DNA of 64,000 bases from the human T2T-CHM13v2.0 reference genome, Homo sapiens. The position numbers and the translations under genes are program-made. Of this stretch, positions 11,901 to 25,840 are shown piece by piece. The stretch lies in the NCBI RefSeq assembly GCF_009914755.1, contig NC_060943.1. One strand, 5' to 3'. The notes under the pieces are model-generated. The model was not told the origin of the DNA. It searched no databases and saw nothing but the letters and a program-made list of their open reading frames with translations. Position 1 is the stretch's first letter; the number at the start of each line of letters is the position of its first letter.

Positions 11901-14900
11901 GAACGATCCTTTACACAGAGCAGACTTGAAACACTCTTTTTGTGGAATTTGCAAGTGGAGATTTCAGCCGCTTTGAGTTCAATGGTAGAATAGGAAATAT
12001 CTTCCTATAGAAACTAGACAGAATGATTCTCAGAAACTCCTTTGTGATGTGTGCGTTCAACTCACAGAGTTCAACCTTTCTTTTAATAGAGCAGTTGGGA
12101 AACACTCTGTTTGTAAAGTCTGCAAGTGGATATTCAGACTTCTTTGAGGCCTTCGTTGGAAGCGGGATTTCTTCATATTCTGCTAGACAGAAGAATTCTC
12201 AGTAACTTCCTTGTGTTGTGTGTATTCAACTCACAGAGTTGAACGATCCTTTACACAGAGCAGACTTGAAACACTCTTTTTGTGGAATTTGCAAGTGGAG
12301 ATTTCAGCCGCTTTGAGGTCAATGGTAGAATAGGAAATATCTTCCTATAGAAACTAGACAGAATGATTCTCAGAAACTCCTTTGTGCTGTGTGCGTTCAA
12401 CTCACAGAGTTTAACCTTTCTTTTCATAGAGCAGTTAGGAAACACTCTGTTTGTAAAGTCTGCAAGTGGATATTCAGACATCCTTGAGGCTTTCGTTGGA
12501 AACGGGATTTCTTCATATTCTGCTAGAAAGAAGAATTCTCAGTAACTTCCTTGTGTGGTGTGTATTCAACTCACAGAGTTGAACGATCCTTTACACAGAG
12601 CAGACTTGAAACACTCTTTTTGTGGAATTTGCAAGTGGAGATTTCAGCCGCTTTGAGGTCAATGGTAGAATAGGAAATATCTTCCTATAGAAACTAGACA
12701 GAATGATTCTCAGAAACTCCTTTGTGATGTGTGCGTTCAACTCACAGAGTTTAACCTTTCTTTTCATAGAGCAGTTAGGAAACACTCTGTTTGTAAAGTC
12801 TGCAAGTGGATATTCAGACCTCCTTGAGGCCTTCGTTGGAAACGGGATTTCTTCATATTATGCTAGACAGAAGAATTCTCAGTAACTTCCTTGTGTTGTG
12901 TGTATTCAACTCACAGAGTTGAACGATCCTTTACACAGAGCAGACTTGAAACACTCTTTTTGTGGAATTTGCAAGTGGATATTTCAGCCGCTTTGAGTTC
13001 AATGGTAGAATAGGAAATATCTTCCTATAGAAACTAGACAGAATGATTCTCAGAAACTCCTTTGTGATGTGTGCGTTCAACTCACAGAGTTCAACCTTTC
13101 TTTTCATAGAGCAGTTGGGAAACACTCTGTTTGTAAAGTCTGCAGGTGGATATTCAGACTTCTTTGAGGCCTTCTTTGGAAGCGGGATTTATTCATGTTC
13201 TGCTAGACAGAAGAATTCTCAGAAACTTCCTTGTGTTGTGTGTTTTCAACTCACAGAGTTGAACGATCCTTTACACAGAGCAGACTTGAAACACTCCTTT
13301 TGTGGAATTTGCAAGTGGAGATTTCAGCCGCTTTGAGGTCAATGGTAGAATAGGAAATATCTTCCTATAGAAAGTAGACAGAATGATTCTCAGAAACTCC
13401 TTTGTGATGTGTGCGTTCAACTCACAGAGTTTAACCTTTCTTTTCATAGAGCAGTTAGGAAACACTCTGTTTGTAAAGTCTGCAAGTGGATATTCAGACC
13501 TCCTTGAGGCCTTCGTTGGAAGCGGGATTTCTTCATGTTCAGCTAGACAGAAGAATTCTCAGAAACTTCCTTGTGTTGTGGGTTTTCAACTCACAGAGTT
13601 GAACGATCCTTTACACAGAGCAGACTTGAAACACTCCTTTTGTGGAATTTGCAAGTGGAGATTTCAGCCGCTTTGAGGTCAATGGTAGAATAGGAAATAT
13701 CTTCCTATAGAAACTAGACAGAATGATTCTCAGAAACTCCTTTGTGATGTGTGCGTTCAACTCACAGAGTTTAACCTTTCTTTTCATAGAGCAGTTAGGA
13801 AACACTCTGTTTGTAAAGTCTGCAAGTGGATATTCAGACATCCTTGAGGCTTTCGTTGGAAACGGGATTTCTTCATATTCTGCTAGAAAGAAGAATTCTC
13901 AGTAACTTCCTTGTGTTGTGTGTATTCAACTCACAGAGTTGAACGATCCTTTACACAGAGCAGACTTGAAACACTCTTTTTGTGGAATTTGCAAGTGGAT
14001 ATTTCAGCCGCTTTGAGTTCAATGGTAGAATAGGAAATATCTTCCTATAGAAACTAGACAGAATGATTCTCAGAAACTCCTTTGTGATGTGTGCGTTCAA
14101 CTCACAGAGTTCAACCTTTCTTTTCATAGAGCAGTTGGGAAACACTCTGTTTGTAAAGTCTGCAAGTGGATATTCAGACCTCCTTGAGGCCTTCGTTGGA
14201 AGCGGGATTTCTTCATGTTCAGCTAGACAGAAGAATTCTCAGAAACTTCCTTGTGTTGTGTGTTTTCAACTCACAGAGTTGAACGATCCTTTACACAGAG
14301 CAGACTTGAAACACTCCTTTTGTGGAATTTGCAAGTGGAGATTTCAGCCGCTTTGAGGTCAATGGTAGAATAGGAAATATCTTCCTATAGAAACTAGACA
14401 GAATGATTCTCAGAAACTCCTTTGTGATGTGTGCGTTCAACTCACAGAGTTTAACCTTTCTTTTCATAGAGCAGTTAGGAAACACTCTGTTTGTAAAGTC
14501 TGCAAGTGGATATTCAGACATCCTTGAGGCTTTCGTTGGAAACGGGATTTCTTCATATTCTGCTAGAAAGAAGAATTCTCAGTAACTTCCTTGTGTTGTG
14601 TGTATTCAACTCACAGAGTTGAACGATCCTTTACACAGAGCAGACTTGAAACACTCTTTTTGTGGAATTTGCAAGTGGAGATTTCAGCCGCTTTGAGGTC
14701 AATGCTAGAATAGGAAATATCTTCCTATAGAAACTAGACAGAATGATTCTCAGAAACTGCTTTGTGATGTGTGCGTTCAACTCACAGAGTTTAACCTTTC
14801 TTTTCATAGAGCAGTTGGGAAACACTCTGTTTGTAAAGTCTGCATGTGGATATTCAGACATCCTTGAGGCTTTCGTTGGAAACGGGATTTCTTAATATTC

Positions 14901-17900
14901 TGCTAGAAAGAAGAATTCTCAGTAACTTCCTTGTGTTGTGTGTTTTCAACTCACAGAGTTGAACGATCCTTTACACAGAGCAGACTTGAAACACTCCTTT
15001 TGTGGAATTTGCAAGTGGAGATTTCAGCCGCTTTGAGGTCAATGGTAGAATAGGAAATATCTTCCTATAGAAACTAGACAGAATGATTCTCAGAAACTCC
15101 TTTGTGATGTGTGCGTTCAACTCACAGAGTTCAACCTTTCTTTTAATAGAGCAGTTGGGAAACACTCTGTTTGTAAAGTCTGCAAGTGGATATTCAGACT
15201 TCTTTGAGGCCTTCGTTGGAAGCGGGATTTCTTCATATTCTGCTAGACAGAAGAATTCTCAGTAACCTCCTTGTGTTGTGTGTATTCAACTCACAGAGTT
15301 GAACGACCCTTTACACAGAGCAGACTTGAAACACTCTTTTTGTGGAATTTGCAAGTGGAGATTTCAGCCGCTTTGAGGTCAATGGTAGAATAGGAAATAT
15401 CTTCCTATAGAAACTAGACAGAATGATTCTCAGAAACTCCTTTGTGATGTGTGCGTTCAGCTCACAGAGTTTAACCTTTCTTTTCATAGAGCAGTTAGGA
15501 AACACTCTGTTTGTAAAGTCTGCAAGTGGATATTCAGACATCCTTGAGGCTTTCGTTGGAAACGGGATTTCTTCATATTCTGCTAGAAAGAAGAATTCTC
15601 AGTAACTTCCTTGTGTTGTGTGTATTCAACTCACAGAGTTGAACGATCCTTTACACAGAGCAGACTTGAAACACTCTTTTTGTGGAATTTGCAAGTGGAG
15701 ATTTCAGCCGCTTTGAGGTCAATGGTAGAATAGGAAATATCTTCCTATAGAAACTAGACAGAATGATTCTCAGAAACTCCTTTGTGATGTGTGCGTTCAA
15801 CTCACAGAGTTTAACCTTTCTTTTCATAGAGCAGTTGGGAAACACTCTGTTTGTAAAGTCTGCAAGTGGATATTCAGACATCCTTGAGGCTTTCGTTGGA
15901 AACGGGATTTCTTCATATTCTGCTAGAAAGAAGAATTCTCAGTAACTTCCTTGTGTTGTGTGTTTTCAACTCACAGAGTTGAACGATCCTTTACACAGAG
16001 CAGACTTGAAACACTCCTTTTGTGGAATTTGCAAGTGGAGATTTCAGCCGCTTTGAGGTCAATGGTAGAATAGGAAATATCTTCCTATAGAAAGTAGACA
16101 GAATGATTCTCAGAAACTCCTTTGTGATGTGTGCGTTCAACTCACAGAGTTTAACCTTTCTTTTCATAGAGCAGTTAGGAAACACTCTGTTTGTAAAGTC
16201 TGCAAGTGGATATTCAGACCTCCTTGAGGCCTTCGTTGGAAACGGGATTTCTTCATATTATGCTAGACAGAAGAATTCTCAGTAACTTCCTTGTGTTGTG
16301 TGTATTCAACTCACAGAGTTGAACGATCCTTTACACAGAGCAGACTTGAAACACTCTTTTTGTGGAATTTGCAAGTGGAGATTTCAGCCGCTTTGAGTTC
16401 AATGGTAGAATAGGAAATATCTTCCTATAGAAACTAGACAGAATGATTCTCAGAATCTCCTTTGTGATGTGTGCGTTCAACTCACAGAGTTCAACCTTTC
16501 TTTTAATAGAGTAGTTGGGAAACACTCTGTTTGTAAAGTCTGCAAGTGGATATTCAGACTTCTTTGAGGCCTTCGTTGGAAGCGGGATTTCTTCATATTC
16601 TGCTAGACAGAAGAATTCTCAGTAACCTCCTTGTGTTGTGTGTATTCAACTCACAGAGTTGAACGACCCTTTACACAGAGCAGACTTGAAACACTCTTTT
16701 TGTGGAATTTGCAAGTGGAGATTTCAGCCGCTTTGAGGTCAATGGTAGAATAGGAAATATCTTCCTATAGAAACTAGACAGAATGATTCTCAGAAACTCC
16801 TTTGTGATGTGTGCGTTCAACTCACAGAGTTTAACCTTTCTTTTCATAGAGCAGTTAGGAAACACTCTGTTTGTAATGTCTGCAAGTGGATATTCAGACA
16901 TCCTTGAGGCTTTCGTTGGAAACGGGATTTCTTCATATTCTGCTAGAAAGAAGAATTCTCAGTAACTTCCTTGTGTTGTGTGTATTCAACTCACAGAGTT
17001 GAACGATCCTTTACACAGAGCAGACTTGAAACACTCTTTTTGTGGAATTTGCAAGTGGAGATTTCAGCCGCTTTGAGGTCAATGGTAGAATAGGAAATAT
17101 CTTCCTATAGAAACTAGACAGAATGATTCTCAGAAACTTCTTTGTGATGTGTGCGTTCAACTCACACAGTTTAACCTTTCTTTTCATAGAGCAGTTAGGA
17201 AACACTCTGTTTGTAAAGTCTGCAAGTGGATATTCACACCTCCTTGAGGCCTTCGTTGGAAACGGGATTTCTTCATATTATGCTAGACAGAAGAATTCTC
17301 AGTAACTTCCTTGTGTTGTGTGTATTCAACTCACAGAGTTGAACGATCCTTTACACAGAGCAGACTTGAAACACTCTTTTTGTGGAATTTGCAAGTGGAT
17401 ATTTCAGCCGCTTTGAGTTCAATGGTAGAATAGGAAATATCTTCCTATAGAAACTAGACAGAATGATTCTCAGAAACTCCTTTGTGATGTGTGCGTTCAA
17501 CTCACAGAGTTCAACCTTTCTTTTCATAGAGCAGTTGGGAAACACTCTGTTTGTAAAGTCTGCAAGTGGATATTCAGACTTCTTTGAGGCCTTCTTTGGA
17601 AGCGGGATTTCTTCATGTTCTGCTAGACAGAAGAATTCTCAGAAACTTCCTTGTGTTGTGTGTTCTCAACTCACAGAGTTGAACGATCCTTTACACAGAG
17701 CAGACTTGAAACACTCCTTTTGTGGAATTTGCAAGTGGAGATTTCAGCCGCTTTGAGGTCAATGGTAGAATAGGAAATATCTTCCTATAGAAAGAAGACA
17801 GAATGATTCTCAGAAACTCCTTTGTGATGTGTGCGTTCAACTCACAGAGTTTAACCTTTCTTTTCATAGAGCAGTTAGGAAACACTCTGTTTGTAAAGTC

Positions 17901-20740
17901 TGCAAGTGGATATTCAGACCTCCTTGAGGCCTTCGTTGGAAGCGGGATTTCTTCATGTTCAGCTAGACAGAAGAATTCTCAGAAACTTCCTTGTGTTGTG
18001 TGTTTTCAACTCACAGAGTTGAACGATCCTTTACACAGAGCAGACTTGAAACACTCCTTTTGTGGAATTTGCAAGTGGAGATTTCAGCCGCTTTGAGGTC
18101 AATGGTAGAATAGGAAATATCTTCCTATAGAAACTAGACAGAATGATTCTCAGAAACTCCTTTGTGATGTGTGCGTTCAACTCACAGAGTTTAACATTTC
18201 TTTTCATAGAGCAGTTAGGAAACACTCTGTTTGTAAAGTCTGCAAGTGGATATTCAGACATCCTTGAGGCTTTCGTTGGAAACGGGATTTCTTCATATTC
18301 TGCTAGAAAGAAGAATTCTCAGTAACTTCCTTGTGTTGTGTGTATTCAACTCACAGAGTTGAACGATCCTTTACACAGAGCAGACTTGAAACACTCTTTT
18401 TGTGGAATTTGCAAGTGGAGATTTCAGCCGCTTTGAGTTCAATGGTAGAATAGGAAATATCTTCCTATAGAAACTAGACAGAATGATTCTCAGAAACTCC
18501 TTTGTGATGTGTGCGTTCAACTCACAGAGTTTAACCTTTCTTTTCATAGAGCAGTTGGGAAACACTCTGTTTGTAAAGTCTGCAAGTGGATATTCAGACA
18601 TCTTTGAGGCTTTCTTTGGAAACGGGATTTCTTCATATTCTGCTAGAAAGAAGAATTCTCAGTAACTTCCTTGTGTTGTGTGTATTCAACTCACAGAGTT
18701 GAACGATCCTTTACACAGAGCAGACTTGAAACACTCTTTTTGTGGAATTTGCAAGTGGAGATTTCAGCCGCTTTGAGTTCAATGGTAGAATAGGAAATAT
18801 CTTCCTATAGAAACTAGACAGAATGATTCTCAGAAACTCCTTTGTGATGTGTGCGTTCAACTCACAGAGTTCAACCTTTCTTTTAATAGAGCAGTTGGGA
18901 AACACTCTGTTTGTAAAGTCTGCAAGTGGATATTCAGACTTCTTTGAGGCCTTCGTTGGAAGCGGGATTTCTTCATATTCTGCTAGACAGAAGAATTCTC
19001 ATAAACCTCCTTGTGTTGTGTGTATTCAACTCACAGAGTTGAACGACCCTTTACACAGAGCAGACTTGAAACACTCTTTTTGTGGAATTTGCAAGTGGAG
19101 ATTTCAGCCGCTTTGAGGTCAATGGTAGAATAGGAAATATCTTCCTATAGAAACTAGACAGAATGATTCTCAGAAACTCCTTTGTGATGTGTGCGTTCAA
19201 CTCACAGAGTTTAACCTTTCTTTTCATAGAGCAGTTAGGAAACACTCTGTTTGTAAAGTCTGCAAGTGGATATTCAGACATCCTTGAGGCTTTCGTTGGA
19301 AACGGGATTTCTTCATATTCTGCTAGAAAGAAGAATTCTCAGTAACTTCCTTGTGTTGTGTGTATTCAACTCACAGAGTTGAACGATCCTTTACACAGAG
19401 CAGACTTGAAACACTCTTTTTGTGGAATTTGGAAGTGGAGATTTCAGCCGCTTTGAGTTCAATGGTAGAATAGGAAATATCTTCCTATAGAAACTAGACA
19501 GAATGATTCTCAGAAACTCCTTTGTGATGTGTGCGTTCAACTCACAGAGTTCAACCTTTCTTTTCATAGAGCAGTTGGGAAACACTCTGTTTGTAAAGTC
19601 TGCATGTGGATATTCAGACATCCTTGAGGCTTTCGTTGGAAACGGGATTTCTTCATATTCTGCTAGAAAGAAGAATTCTCAGTAACTTCCTTGTGTTGTG
19701 TGTTTTCAACTCACAGAGTTGAACGATCCTTTACACAGAGCAGACTTGAAACACTCCTTTTGTGGAATTTGCAAGTGGAGATTTCAGCCGCTTTGAGGTC
19801 AATGGTAGAATAGGAAATATCTTCCTATAGAAAGTAGACAGAATGATTCTCAGAAACTCCTTTGTGATGTGTGCGTTCAACTCACAGAGTTTAACCTTTC
19901 TTTTCATAGAGCAGTTAGGAAACACTCTGTTTGTAAAGTCTGCAAGTGGATATTCAGACCTCCTTGAGGCCTTCGTTGGAAACGGGATTTCTTCATATTA
20001 TGCTAGACAGTAGAATTCTCAGTAACTTCCTTGTGTTGTGTGTATTCAACAAACAGAGTTGAACGATCCTTTACACAGAGCAGACTTGAAACACTCTTTT
20101 TGTGGAATTTGCAAGTGGAGATTTCAGCCGCTTTGAGTTCAATGGTAGTATAGGAAATATCTTCCTATAGAAACTAGACAGAATGATTCTCAGAAACTCC
20201 TTTGTGATGTGTGCGTTCAACTCACAGAGTTCAACCTTTCTTTTAATAGAGCAGTTGGGAAACACTCTGTTTGTAAAGTCTGCAAGTGGATATTCAGACT
20301 TCTTTGAGGCCTTCGTTGGAAGCGGGATTTCTTCATATTCTGCTAGACAGAAGAATTCTCAGTAACTTCCTTGTGTTGTGTGTATTCAACTCACAGAGTT
20401 GAACGATCCTTTACACAAAGCAGACTTGAAACACTCTTTTTGTGGAATTTGCAAGTGGAGATTTCAGCCGCTTTGAGGTCAATGGTAGAATAGGAAATAT
20501 CTTCCTATAGAAAGTAGACAGAATGATTCTCAGAAACTCCTTTGTGATGTGTGCGTTCAACTCACAGAGTTTAACCTTTCTTTTCATAAAGCAGTTAGGA
20601 AACACTCTGTTTGTAAAGTCTGCAAGTGGATATTCAGACATCCTTGAGGCTTTCGTTGGAAAAGGGATTTCTTCATATTCTGCTAGAAAGAAGAATTCTC
20701 AGTAACTTCCTTGTGTTGTGTGTATTCAACTCACAGAGTT

Positions 20741-23700
20741 GAACGATCCTTTACACAGAGCAGACTTGAAACACTCTTTTTGTGGAATTTGCAAGTGGAG
20801 ATTTCAGCCGCTTTGAGGTCAATGGTAGAATAGGAAATATCTTCCTATAGAAACTAGACAGAATGATTCTCAGAAACTCCTTTGTGATGTGTGCGTTCAA
20901 CTCACAGAGTTTAACCTTTCTTTTCATAGCGCAGTTGGGAAACACTCTGTTTGTAAAGTCTGCAAGTGGATATTCAGACATCCTTGAGGCTTTCGTTGGA
21001 AACGGGATTTCTTCATATTCTGCTAGAAAGAAGAATTCTCAGTAACTTCCTTGTGTTGTGTGTATTCAACTCACAGAGTTGAACGATCCTTTACACAGAG
21101 CAGACTTGAAACACTCTTTTTGTGGAATTTGCAAGTGGAGATTTCAGCCGCTTTGAGGTCAATGGTAGAATAGGAAATATCTTCCTATAGAAACTAGACA
21201 GAATGATTCTCAGAAACTCCTTTGTGATGTGTGCGTTCAACTCACAGAGTTTAACCTTTCTTTTCATAGAGCAGTTGGGAAACACTCTGTTTGTAAAGTC
21301 TGCAAGTGGATATTCAGACATCCTTGAGGCTTTCGTTGGAAACGGGATTTCTTCATATTCTGCTAGAAAGAAGAATTCTCAGTAACTTCCTTGTGTTGTG
21401 TGTATTCAACTCACAGAGTTGAACGATCCTTTACACAGAGCAGACTTGAAACACTCTTTTTGCGGAATTTGCAAGTGGAGATTTCAGCCGCTTTGAGGTC
21501 AATGGTAGAATAGGAAATATCTTCCTATAGAAACTAGACAGAATGATTCTCAGAAACTCCTTTGTGATGTGTGCGTTCAACTCACACAGTTTAACCTTTC
21601 TTTTCATAGAGCAGTTGGGAAACACTCTGTTTGTAAAGTCTGCAAGTGGATATTCAGACCTCCTTGAGGCCTTCGTTGGAAACGGGATTTCTTCATATTA
21701 TGCTAGACAGAAGAATTCTCAGTAACTTCCTTGTGTTGTGTGTATTCAACTCACAGAGTTGAACGATCCTTTACACACAGCAGACTTGAAACACTCTTTT
21801 TGTGGAACTTGCAAGTGGAGATTTCAGCCGCTTTGAGTTCAATGGTAGAATAGGAAATATCTTCCTATAGAAACTAGACAGAATGATTCTCAGAAACTCC
21901 TTTGTGATGTGTGCGTTCAACTCACAGAGTTCAACCTTTCTTTTCATAGAGCAGTTGGGAAACACTCTGTTTCTAAAGTCTGCAAGTGGATATTCAGACT
22001 TCTTTGAGGCCTTCGTTGGAAGCGGGATTTCTTCATGTTCTGCTAGACAGAAGAATTCTCAGAAACTTCCTTGTGTTGTGTGTTTTCAACTCACAGAGTT
22101 GAACGATCCTTTACACAGAGCAGACTTGAAACACTCGTTTTGTGGAATTTGCAAGTGGAGATTTCAGCCGCTTTGAGGTCAATGGTAGAATAGGAAATAT
22201 CTTCCTATAGAAAGTAGACAGAATGATTCTCAGAAACTCCTTTGTGATGTGTGCGTTCAACTCACAGAGTTTAACCTTTCTTTTCATAGAGCAGTTAGGA
22301 AACACTCTGTTTGTAAAGTCTGCAAGTGGATATTCAGACCTCCTTGAGGCCTTCGTTGGAAACGGGATTTCTTCATATTATGCTAGACAGAAGAATTCTC
22401 AGTAACTTTCTTGTGTTGTGTGTATTCAACTCACAGAGTTGAACGATCCTTTACACAGAGCAGACTTGAAACACTCTTTTTGTGGAATTTGCAAGTGGAG
22501 ATTTCAGCCGCTTTGAGGTCAATGGTAGAATAGGAAATATCTTCCTATAGAAACTAGACAGAATGATTCTCAGAAACTCCTTTGTGATGTGTGCGTTCAA
22601 CTCACAGAGTTCAACCTTTCTTTTCATAGAGCAGTTGGGAAACACTCTGTTTGTAAAGTCTGCAAGTGGATATTCAGACTTCTTTGAGGCCTTCTTTGGA
22701 AGCGGGATTTCTTCATGTTCTGCTAGACAGAAGAATTCTCAGAAACTTCCTTGTGTTGTGTGTTTTCAACTCACAGAGTTGAACGATCCTTTACACAGAG
22801 CAGACTTGAAACACTCCTTTTGTGGAATTTGCAAGTGGAGATTTCAGCCGCTTTGAGGTCAATGGTAGAATAGGAAATATCTTCCTATAGAAAGAAGACA
22901 GAATGATTCTCAGAAACTCCTTTGTGATGTGTGCGTTCAACTCACAGAGTTTAACCTTTCTTTTCATAGAGCAGTTAGGAAACACTCTGTTTGTAAAGTC
23001 TGCAAGTGGATATTCAGACCTCCTTGAGGCCTTCGTTGGAAGCGGGATTTCTTCATGTTCAGCTAGACAGAAGAATTCTCAGAAACTTCCTTGTGTTGTG
23101 TGTTTTCAACTCACAGAGTTGAACGATCCTTTACACAGAACAGACTTGAAACACTCCTTTTGTGGAATTTGCAAGTGGAGATTTCAGCCGCTTTGAGGTC
23201 AATGGTAGAATAGGAAATATCTTCCTATAGAAACTAGACAGAATGATTCTCAGAAACTCCTTTGTGATGTGTGCGTTCAACTCACAGAGTTTAACATTTC
23301 TTTTCATAGAGCAGTTAGGAAACACTCTGTTTGTAAAGTCTGCAAGTGGATATTCAGACATCCTTGAGGCTTTCGTTGGAAACGGGATTTCTTCATATTC
23401 TGCTAGAAAGAAGAATTCTCAGTAACTTCCTTGTGTTGTGTGTATTCAACTCACAGAGTTGAACGATCCTTTACACAGAGCAGACTTGAAACACTCTTTT
23501 TGTGGAATTTGCAAGTGGAGATTTCAGCCGCTTTGAGTTCAATGGTAGAATAGGAAATATCTTCCTATAGAAACTAGACAGAATGATTCTCAGAAACTCC
23601 TTTGTGATGTGTGCGTTCAACTCACAGAGTTTAACCTTTCTTTTCATAGAGCAGTTGGGAAACACTCTGTTTGTAAAGTCTGCAAGTGGATATTCAGACA

Positions 23701-25840
23701 TCTTTGAGGCTTTCGTTGGAAACGGGATTTCTTCATATTCTGCTAGAAAGAAGAATTCTCAGTAACTTCCTTGTGTTGTGTGTATTCAACTCACAGAGTT
23801 GAACGATCCTTTACACAGAGCAGACTTGAAACACTCTTTTTGTGGAATTTGCAAGTGGAGATTTCAGCCGCTTTGAGTTCAATGGTAGAATAGGAAATAT
23901 CTTCCTATAGAAACTAGACAGAATGATTCTCAGAAACTCCTTTGTGATGTGTGCGTTCAACTCACAGAGTTCAACCTTTCTTTTAATAGAGCAGTTGGGA
24001 AACACTCTGTTTGTAAAGTCTGCAAGTGGATATTCAGACTTCTTTGAGGCCTTCGTTGGAAGCGGGATTTCTTCATATTCTGCTAGACAGAAGAATTCTC
24101 ATAAACCTCCTTGTGTTGTGTGTATTCAACTCACAGAGTTGAACGACCCTTTACACAGAGCAGACTTGAAACACTCTTTTTGTGGAATTTGCAAGTGGAG
24201 ATTTCAGCCGCTTTGAGGTCAATGGTAGAATAGGAAATATCTTCCTATAGAAACTAGACAGAATGATTCTCAGAAACTCCTTTGTGATGTGTGCGTTCAA
24301 CTCACAGAGTTTAACCTTTCTTTTCATAGAGCAGTTAGGAAACACTCTGTTTGTAAAGTCTGCAAGTGGATATTCAGACATCCTTGAGGCTTTCGTTGGA
24401 AACGGGATTTCTTCATATTCTGCTAGAAAGAAGAATTCTCAGTAACTTCCTTGTGTTGTGTGTATTCAACTCACAGAGTTGAACGATCCTTTACACAGAG
24501 CAGACTTGAAACACTCTTTTTGTGGAATTTGGAAGTGGAGATTTCAGCCGCTTTGAGTTCAATGGTAGAATAGGAAATATCTTCCTATAGAAACTAGACA
24601 GAATGATTCTCAGAAACTCCTTTGTGATGTGTGCGTTCAACTCACAGAGTTCAACCTTTCTTTTCATAGAGCAGTTGGGAAACACTCTGTTTGTAAAGTC
24701 TGCATGTGGATATTCAGACATCCTTGAGGCTTTCGTTGGAAACGGGATTTCTTCATATTATGCTAGACAGAAGAATTCTCAGTAACTTCCTTGTGTTGTG
24801 TGTTTTCAACTCACAGAGTTGAACGATCCTTTACACAGAGCAGACTTGAAACACTCCTTTTGTGGAATTTGCAAGTGGAGATTTCAGCCGCTTTGAGGTC
24901 AATGGTAGAATAGGAAATATCTTCCTATAGAAAGTAGACAGAATGATTCTCAGAAACTCCTTTGTGATGTGTGCGTTCAACTCACAGAGTTTAACCTTTC
25001 TTTTCATAGAGCAGTTAGGAAACACTCTGTTTGTAAAGTCTGCAAGTGGATATTCAGACCTCCTTGAGGCCTTCGTTGGAAACGGGATTTCTTCATATTA
25101 TGCTAGACAGAAGAATTCTCAGTAACTTCCTTGTGTTGTGTGTATTCAACAAACAGAGTTGAACGATCCTTTACACAGAGCAGACTTGAAACACTCTTTT
25201 TGTGGAATTTGCAAGTGGAGATTTCAGCCGCTTTGAGTTCAATGGTAGTATAGGAAATATCTTCCTATAGAAACTAGACAGAATGATTCTCAGAAACTCC
25301 TTTGTGATGTGTGCGTTCAACTCACAGAGTTCAACCTTTCTTTTAATAGAGCAGTTGGGAAACACTCTGTTTGTAAAGTCTGCAAGTGGATATTCAGACT
25401 TCTTTGAGGCCTTCGTTGGAAGCGGGATTTCTTCATATTCTGCTAGACAGAAGAATTCTCAGTAACTTCCTTGTGTTGTGTGTATTCAACTCACAGAGTT
25501 GAACGATCCTTTACACAAAGCAGACTTGAAACACTCTTTTTGTGGAATTTGCAAGTGGAGATTTCAGCCGCTTTGAGGTCAATGGTAGAATAGGAAATAT
25601 CTTCCTATAGAAAGTAGACAGAATGATTCTCAGAAACTCCTTTGTGATGTGTGCGTTCAACTCACAGAGTTTAACCTTTCTTTTCATAAAGCAGTTAGGA
25701 AACACTCTGTTTGTAAAGTCTGCAAGTGGATATTCAGACATCCTTGAGGCTTTCGTTGGAAACGGGATTTCTTCATATTCTGCTAGAAAGAAGAATTCTC
25801 AGTAACTTCCTTGTGTTGTGTGTATTCAACTCACAGAGTT
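20741..25840 (+). repeat. 15-dimer (30-monomer, 5100-bp) super-repeat, complete copy
   Basis: Ordered markers: CATAGCGC, TGCGG+CACACAG, GAACTT+TTCTAAAG, ACTTTC, TTCTTTGG, AAAGAAGA+AGCTAG, ACAGAAC+AACATT, ATAAACCTCC, GACCCT, TGGAAG+TGCATG, CAACAAAC, GTAGTA, ACAAAG+CATAAA. The series recurs 5100 bp later. Confidence 0.9.
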
